Source of the DNA: Paraspadella gotoi
Taxonomy: Eukaryota > Animalia > Chaetognatha
Assembly (NCBI GenBank): GCA_051294375.1
Contig: CM119264.1
Span: forward strand, 20,364,248 to 20,428,247
DNA: 64,000 bases
Direction of reading: 5' to 3'
Below are positions 55,944 to 64,000 of the stretch, piece after piece (position 1 is the first letter of the stretch; every line of letters begins with the position of its first letter). The notes under the pieces are model-generated. The model was not told the DNA's origin. It saw only the letters and a list, made by a program, of their open reading frames with translations, and did no database searches. Position numbers and translations under genes: made by a program.

Positions 55944-56588
55944 TATGGTGGACTAAAATCCACCAACCGTTCATCAGCGGCCATTGGTGCCGGAGGCAAG
56001 TCATTCGCCTCCCAACCCAAAGGTCCGGGGTTCTAGCCCGGTGGTCGCCTAGCAGTTTAAAGGGACGGGGCGCTTAACCCGCCTGTAACTCGGTTTTACA
56101 GCCTGATCCAAAGCTCAGGGACTGCTTATATTGAACGGTTCTGTCACTAACACATAACAATAATTACTGTCTCTTCCTTGGTGAGCCAGACTTCCGAACA
56201 CAACAGCAACAACAACACTATCAGGCGACATGCCTCAACCTGGCGATGCACTTTCCGCCCACAACACATCAGGCGACATGCCTCAACTTGGTGATGAACT
56301 TTCCACCAACCACACAATTCACTGAAGAGACGCAACAGACTTCTCCCTACGGGAGGGGGGGATGTATGGTGGACTAAAATCCACCAACCGTTCATCAGTG
56401 GCCATTGGTGCTGGAGGCAAGTCATTCGCCTCCCAACCCAAAGGTCCGGGGTTCTAGCCCGGTGGTCGCCTAGCAGTTTAGAGGGACGGGGCGCTTAACC
56501 CGCCTGTAACTCGGTGTTACAGCCTGATCCGAAGCTCAGGGACTGCTTATATTGAACGGTTCTGTCATTAACACATATCAATAATTCA
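55944..56588 (+). mobile_element. TRIM family C, full-length
   Basis: 5' LTR 55944-56177, PBS-like TGGTGAGCCAG at 56179, 187-bp internal domain with a ~45-bp direct repeat, PPT 56351-56362, 3' LTR 56365-56588, TSD AGCC on both sides. Confidence 0.9.
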
Positions 56589-57831
56589 AGCCATTATTAA
56601 AGTATCTAGGATGAAGGGACTCTGAGATATAACCACAGGAAATGTTACAATTGAGAAAAATCATACTGTTTATTGTATAAACTATAAAGTAGAAACTTAC
56701 TTTTAGAAAGTTCTTCCATAAAAAAGAAATGGGTTGCCCCCGTTGGTTGTTCCCATTTTGTTGTTTCCGTTTTGTTCGCCGTTGTTCTACCAGAGTTTGC
56801 TTCTCGTTCCGATGTTGATTTTTATTCTGGACACGAACCCTTTCTTCGTTCACGTAATTTTTTGTTCTCTCAACTCCACGTTTTTTTTTTTGTTCGCTTG
56901 ATTTTATTTGTACGTTATTTTCTTTACGAAATCTATAGTTATTAGTTAAAGGTTTACATGGCCGAAACTAGTCCTAATGTTCCATCAAGCTTCCTACTAT
57001 AGTTTTTCGCTTACTTTTTGTTTTGTCATTTATTTCAATAATTGGTAATTATTAAAGATAAAACCGACATTGATTTGCATTCGTTTCCAGACCAAATCCG
57101 ATTGATAATCTCTGCATTAACCAAACAACCAGTGACGATTACATTCCGGCTGAAACAAATGGGGCGCCCACATTAGGTGGAATCTCTACCCATAAAACGT
57201 CCTTTCACGTTCGGTCATTTATCCGCGATTCTAAAAAGGATCTACGACTACAGTCGTTTCATTCTACCTTTAAATTTTTTCCCTCCTGACAGAATGACGG
57301 ATAAATGGGGGACGAGGTTTTCGGCGATGATTTCAAAATTCGACGGAGACGTTAAACATTCCGCATAAAGGCTAAAATAGCACGAATGGCCACTTCCGGA
57401 GAATCTCCCCGCTCCATTCCATTTTCCGCTGGTTTGACCATAACTTGGGGAGGAAAGGGGAGGTTTTCCTCCTCTCTCCCTTTTCCTCGCGGTTACTGGC
57501 GACCGCGTGCGAAAATTGTCTCTAACCGATATCCGCGTTGCTAAGTGACTTCTGTCGTTGCTAGGAAAACCACGTCAGGGGAAGACCAGCATTTCTCCGG
57601 TTGATATGAAAGAGAACGTTTTTTTTTTATTTTTGTAGTTTTTGTCGAATTTTACTGAATATTTTTTTTTCGGTTTTATTAGAAAATTTATAAGAACCGA
57701 ATACACATAAATTCAAAAGTAGCATATAGTATGTAGTTCATAGAAAGGATTTTATAGAAGAAGTTTATAATGGCGAAGTTATATGTAGTACTTGCACAAT
57801 ACCTGCGACTGTATTTGGGATTCGATCCCGT

Positions 57832-58089
57832 TGTGGCGAATTATAAATTCGCCTCCCGTATAGCTTGGTGAAACTCAGCTCGTCTCATTGGCTTGGACAG
57901 CTAAGTACTCGTTCACCAACCGTGAGTTCCGGGTTCAATCCCCTCACACTCACGCTGGTTAAAGTGTGATGGTGTCGGCATAATCACGCCAGTGACATGG
58001 GGTGGTCATTGCAGGTCCAAATCCCTGAGCGCCAGCTGTCGGGAGATGCCTCACACCCCAGGCATCACACATGTCCCTCCGTTGCCATA
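57832..58089 (+). mobile_element. Solo-LTR-like repeat family F, second copy
   Basis: Collinear with 26537-26787; perfect 4-bp TSD CCGT. Confidence 0.8.
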
Positions 58090-58285
58090 CCGTCTTCTTT
58101 GCCTTCCAAAGTGGCTCAGCATAGTGAATGCCTGTTTTCCAATTATAAATAAGCTCGTCTTCAATGTTTTATATATAATTACAAACACTTTAAGTCAATA
58201 AGCAAAATAATGATTTCCCGGGACCTTTCAACCAATGACTATGCATTAGTGGTTTTCAATACTTCGGTACTTACCAAATAGATAG

Positions 58286-58519
58286 TATGGTGGACTAAAT
58301 TCCACCAAGCGTTCATCAGCGGCCATTGGTGCCGGAGGCAAGTCATTTGCCTCCCAACCCAAAGGTCCGGGGTTCTAGCCCGGTGGCCGCCTGGCAGTTA
58401 AGAGGGACGGGGCGTTTAACTCGCCTGTAACTCGGTGTTACAGCCTGATCCGAAGCTCAGGGACTGCTTATATTGAACGGTTTTATCACTAACACATAAT
58501 AATAATTACTGTCTCTTCA
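58286..58519 (+). mobile_element. Solo LTR of TRIM family C
   Basis: TATGG...CTTCA, highly similar to 55944-56177, perfect 4-bp TSD ATAG. Confidence 0.9.
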
Positions 58520-59348
58520 ATAGTCCATTTTTACCCTAAATATTAACTTAATCATGTTAAGACAAAAGAAAATTATGTTTACTATATTGATGTTAGAGTA
58601 CACTAGCAGAAGTTTTATGGTTCCTCTTTTAGAACCTTACCAATGTTATTCCTTTATTCACTCACAAAGAATCTTCTTTACCAAGTGGATCTACATATGT
58701 TAATGTTAATATTTATTTCCTTGTTAGCGTTTATTAATTGTTATTATTGATATTTATTTATTGATATTATTGCTGAAACCAATTTTAACCGTGAACAAAT
58801 TAAGAACTTTGTTCTATAACAATTTTATTGAACCAAGTGGTTCTGACGAATTGTTGCAGCCCGCGACGCCATATTTTTGTTTCTTATTTGTTTTTATTGT
58901 TTATCTGTTATATTGATCAATCAAACGACTTTCATATTTTTTTAATTTCTCTTCTCGCGCTTCTCTCGCTACGATCGACGAGGTCACAAAACCCACCATC
59001 TCTCCACATACAAACTTGACTCATTCTTCCTCTTACTTCACTCCCAACGTCCCACACCCATATTCACACTTTACAACCTATCATCACACGTTCCCCCGTC
59101 TCTACGTGATTTATTTCAAGTCCTCGGAATAGCTGGAAAAAAATTCCCATAACGGATGGAAGGAAATGGGTATTAGGTAACAGGAGGTCAATTATGTTAA
59201 TTTTTCAACGAACAAAAAACGGTTGATTCATAATCTGAAACCACTTTTTGTACAGATTAGTTTTAAGATTTTAAGATTTAAGATTTTAAGATTTTAAGAT
59301 TTTTCTGTCAAAAATGGGGATTTATTTTGCGCGATGATGGCTGTTAAA

Positions 59349-59410
<62 letters not shown>

Positions 59411-60002
59411 GTATTCGATCAATGCCCTGCCTTTGTTTTTTCTTTCTCCAGTATTTGCTCCCCTTTTCCTTCCATATATCACGCTCTCTTCTCTTTCCGC
59501 TTTTAGAAATAATTCATCGCATTACGATGTTTTGGTTCCAAGTTGATGTAGACAATGATGTTCATCTCTTTTTCCTTCTTTCTATCATTTGGTTGGTTGG
59601 TAAGTCTGCCCATCGGTCTATCCTACTTATTTTAAAAATGGTCATAACTCCGGTAATTCTACATCAATTTATTTCATATTAGGTATGTAACTGAAAAGGT
59701 ACCATTAGATCTTTATTGTAAGTATGTATCATACTTGTGAAGTCACGTTATCACCTTGAAAAGTGCTCACATGACATCATGATATCATTTAGCTTACATA
59801 GGGTTGCTATTTTGTCAGCTTTGCTGATCCTCCAATCTAAGCGACTGTTATCGTTACCTTTTCTTTAAAAAAAAATATTATAAAGAATAAAAGGCAGATT
59901 CCAATGCATCACGTATCACGGTAGTTATGTAATAACCTAAAAATACACGTGAAAGACAAGAAAGACAACACGTTGGAATTACGTTCTTGTTTGTTGTTTT
60001 TT

Positions 60003-60103
60003 TTATCGAGCCTTGACCGGCGAAGCCGGGTCAGCCTAATAATGTTTTAGGGTTGCTTCTTTGGTGTCGTCGTCGTCGTCGTCGTTCGTCGTCGTCGTCG
60101 TCG

Positions 60104-60175
<72 letters not shown>

Positions 60176-60190
60176 CGTCGTCGTCGTCGT

Positions 60191-60243
<53 letters not shown>

Positions 60244-62053
60244 TCGTCGTCGTCGTTCGTCGTCGTCGTCGTCGTCGTCGTTCGTTCGTCGTCGTCGTCG
60301 TCGTCGTCGTCTGTCGTCGTCGTCGTCGTCCGTCACGCTGTTTTCATATATAAAAACTACTACGCTTTTATAGGTTTGGCTGTGACTTACCGTTTTTTTT
60401 TAAAATAAAAATTATTATGAATTATGATAAAGTTTTACAAAAAGTGTGCGATCATAGTAAGTTAAAATTTAGATATGGCTTTTCATCTTGAAATAGCTGT
60501 GATATTTTCATATTACATTTGGATTTAAGTATTTTTGTTTGAATTTCCACTTCATTATGATTTACTGCAATATGCAAATTTGATTAAAGTACTCATTATA
60601 ATATCCAAATTAGTATATAGAAATGCTTTAATCTAATTTACATATTGCAGTATATAATATTGAAGATGAAATTCAAAAAATTTGTTTTAAATTTTTAATA
60701 AAAATGGGAACTCAAAGGATTTTTTTAATGAGAAGCTATATCTTAATTTTAATACAAATATAAATTAAATCTTTTTACAAGCTGCGATTGGAAAAATTGA
60801 AAAATTTCCAATTGTAAACAATTGTAACAAATTTTTGCCTTTCTTTATTTCTTTAAATTATATATAGATTTTTTTTCCTATTATTTGTCAGTTGCTGCTT
60901 TTCTGAACCCTTAAAAAACGAGTTCAGGTTCGCAGTGACTGTTCAGCTGGCTTCCAGCTTTTCTCTTCTCTGTCTCTTTTCTCTTTCTGTCTCTCTTTCT
61001 CTCTCTTTCTGTCTTTCTGTCTCTCTCACTCTGTACGATCGTTCGTTTTTGAAAAATTCTGATTATTTTTTTCCTTCTCAAAACTTTTATTATCGTTATT
61101 TATTCCGCGGCATTTTTTTCAATACAAAATCCCAAATTTATATCTGAGATATAATTGCGAAAGAAATTCGGTTTTTTCTTTTTCTTTCTCTCTCTCTCTC
61201 TCTCTCTCTACTTATTATTTTTTTTTTAAAAAAATGAAGAATAAACTTATAATGATATGCATTATCACATATAAATCAGCTAATGTGACCTATTATATAT
61301 GCAGCACTTTCGCCGAATAAACAATTGCATGCATCACATTATTAAAAAAAAAAATTTGTTTTTATTATATATTGCAACTTATCCGGTTGGCCCACTATTT
61401 TGCAATATATCTAAAATAGGAGTTGATAAGAGAGATATTGTCAAATTAAACATTACTTTTTTTGTTATTCTGATAATTTGTACTATTATTAAATTTATAA
61501 ATATTTTTAGTGTATATATTTAATCAGTTTTAACTTTTTTTTAAATAATAATATTTGAGTTGTGATAACTATTTATAAATTAATTAAATATGCAAATATT
61601 AAATTTGACCTCGGTCTGGTTTCTTCCTAAAAAAAGAACAATCTTTTTCTCTCTATCTCTCTCTCTTCTCTCTCTCTCTCTCTTCTCTCTCTCTTTTTTT
61701 TTTCATTCTAAAAACTTTATTATCGCCATTATTATTTTATCTCAATACAAAATCCCAAAATACAATAACTTACTTAACCTAGATTTCGTGGTCGTTGCGG
61801 AGCAACAAGTAAACAATGTCGAGGAACATGACCTAATAACGCGTTACGTGTATAAAAAAAATCAACATAGACCCAATTTCACGACGCCGTTGCGAGCAAC
61901 GGATAACCGATATAAACGAGAGTGACCTAATAATGCGTCTCGTTTTTTGTTTGAATTTCTTTCTAATTATTTTTTTAGTCACTTTTTTTTCACCACGTCA
62001 CTTGGCTACGAGTAAACGAGTTCCGCCTATGCAGCGTCTGTTCAGCTCTTTCT

Positions 62054-62141
<88 letters not shown>

Positions 62142-62506
62142 TTCTCTCTTTACGATCTCTTGCGTGATCGTTCGTTTTTTGAAAAATTCTGATTATTTTT
62201 TTCCTTCTAAAAACTTTTATTATCGCCATTTATTCCGCGCTTTTTTTTTTTCAATACAAAATCCCAAATTTATATCTGAGATTTGTCTGGATTTTTTGGA
62301 AAATGTGAAGAATAACTTACTTGACCTGAATTTCGTGGCCCTTGCAGGGCAACGAGTAGACAATGTCAAGGAACATGACCTAAAAAACGCGTTTTGATGG
62401 CAATGGAAACGTTACGTGTATAATAGGATCAACTTGACGAGATCACGCCGCCGTTGCGAGGCAACGGATAACCGATATAATTGGAAAGAAATACGGTTTT
62501 TCTTTT

Positions 62507-62548
<42 letters not shown>

Positions 62549-62815
62549 TATTTTTTTCCTTCTAAAAACTTTTATTATATCACCATTTATTCGCGCTTTT
62601 TCTCTTTACCTGGATTTTCGTGGCCGTTGCGAGGCAACGATAAACAATGTCAAAACATGACCTAATAACGCGATAACGCGATAACGCGATATTATTATTA
62701 TTATTTGGAAGTCAAAAATATCATAGTCGTATTTTTCAACTATATATTTTGTTAATAGGGATTATAATTTTTCAATGTACAAAAAATTTCTTATATGGCT
62801 TCTTTTTCTCTCTCC

Positions 62816-62846
<31 letters not shown>

Positions 62847-63019
62847 TTTTTTCCTTCTAAAAACTTTTATTATCGCCATTTATTCCGCGCTTTTTTTTCA
62901 ATACAAATCACAAATTTACATCCGAGATTTTCGTGGATTTTTTTCTAAAAAATCTGATTATTCTTATATAAACGAGAGAGACCTAATAATGCGTTTCGTT
63001 GGCGGGAAAACTGTCCAGC

Positions 63020-63058
<39 letters not shown>

Positions 63059-63368
63059 CTCCTCTCTCTTCACATCATACACGCATTTGTTTGTTTTATT
63101 TACGATGAATATTCAGCGCGTCAATGAATTACTATCATCCGATCAATGAATGACTATCATCGTATCAATGAATGATTATCATCATATCAATGAATGACTA
63201 TCATCGCATCTCAATCATTTGATTATCATCACATCAGTCATTTTTATCATCGCATCAATCTCATTGGTTATCATCGCGTCAATATTTGGTTATCATCGCA
63301 TCAATATTTGGTTATCATCGCATCAATATTTGGTTACTATCGAAGCCGTCATCTTATCTTGAAATTTT
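60003..63368 (+). mobile_element. HINE family B, longest copy, with an expanded (GTC)n tract at 60065-60332
   Basis: TTATCGAGCC start, conserved core, repeated CT-rich modules, minisatellite, degenerate 3' end. Confidence 0.85.
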
Positions 63369-63705
63369 CACCCAATCTCTGCCAATCTTTCTCCAAATTT
63401 TTTTTTTTCATTCTTATGTTGTTCTTCACTGTTGACGTTGAAGCGGCTCTCCTCCGACGCCGATTACCACCGCCTCCCCCATTAATCATCACCCGTCGAC
63501 CGTTGCAGGTCGAGAATGCATTCCTTCCTTTTTCCTTCGATCCTCACTCAACACATAAAGACAAAAATCAAAATTCCCGCGCGAGGACGCCACCTGCAGC
63601 AGAAGAGCGTCTTCTCGTAACTCGATTCACGTACAGATCTAATTCTCGGTTCACGCACGCGAGGGCAAGGACACGGGCACGGACTATTGTTTCTTCCTCG
63701 ACGCA

Positions 63706-64000
63706 ATGCCTCCGCCAGCGCGCTCTGTCCCCCTTGCGACTTCACGCGCACCAGTTGTAGAAAATTTTGCATCTGCTTTTGACGTTGCGCCGCTGACCGG
63801 GAACGCCGCTCGAATTAATTCACCAATCGTCACCCGGCCCTCTCTCTCGAACTCCCTCTCTTCCCAGTCGCTCGCCCACGCCGTTTCGTCGTCGTCGTCG
63901 CTTCCTTCCAGTCAGTTTCATTCGAATGCCGAATTCGCGTCCATCGATCAAACGATTTCGATTTCCAGATTCAACTCGACGATCGTCAATCCCGTCTTTG
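63706..64000 (+). CDS. Candidate Ser/Pro-rich coding segment open to the window end (MPPPARSVPLATSRAPVVENFASAFDV...)
   Basis: Frame is stop-free from 63643 to 64000, ATG at 63706, GC-rich relative to background; no recognisable domain. Confidence 0.35.
   Translation, partial: MPPPARSVPLATSRAPVVENFASAFDVAPLTGNAARINSPIVTRPSLSNSLSSQSLAHAVSSSSSLPSSQFHSNAEFASIDQTISISRFNSTIVNPVF

Noticed and set aside
55978-56050. Functional tRNA gene
   Set aside because: The cloverleaf is imperfect (D and anticodon stems poorly paired), and it is embedded in a TSD-flanked repeat.
60031-60408. Poly-R/V/S/D/T ORFs
   Set aside because: Translations of the (GTC)n tract of a HINE-B element.

Overview
AT-rich, repeat-dense eukaryotic (probably invertebrate animal) genomic DNA with no prokaryotic features and no long ORFs; most entries in the ORF track are artefacts of (CT)n/(GA)n/(GTC)n microsatellites. 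A + strand multi-exon protein-coding gene can be pieced together from splice-bounded, phase-compatible exons at 2.65-9.4 kb, and weaker exon candidates lie further on. The rest is mostly nested non-autonomous mobile elements: two Helentron/DINE-1-like (HINE) families, hAT-type MITEs with 8-bp TSDs, a Tc1/mariner-type MITE, Penelope-like inverted pLTR elements carrying minimal hammerhead ribozymes, and three related families of ~235-260 bp LTR-like repeats with 4-bp TSDs. The most unusual item is a miniature LTR retroelement (TRIM: LTR-PBS-187 bp-PPT-LTR) whose LTRs carry a tRNA-like A-box/B-box module. The 41.4-47.8 kb region, with three 25-N gaps and noisy inverted duplications, is most likely an assembly artefact. 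All calls were made by eye; no database search or folding computation was run.
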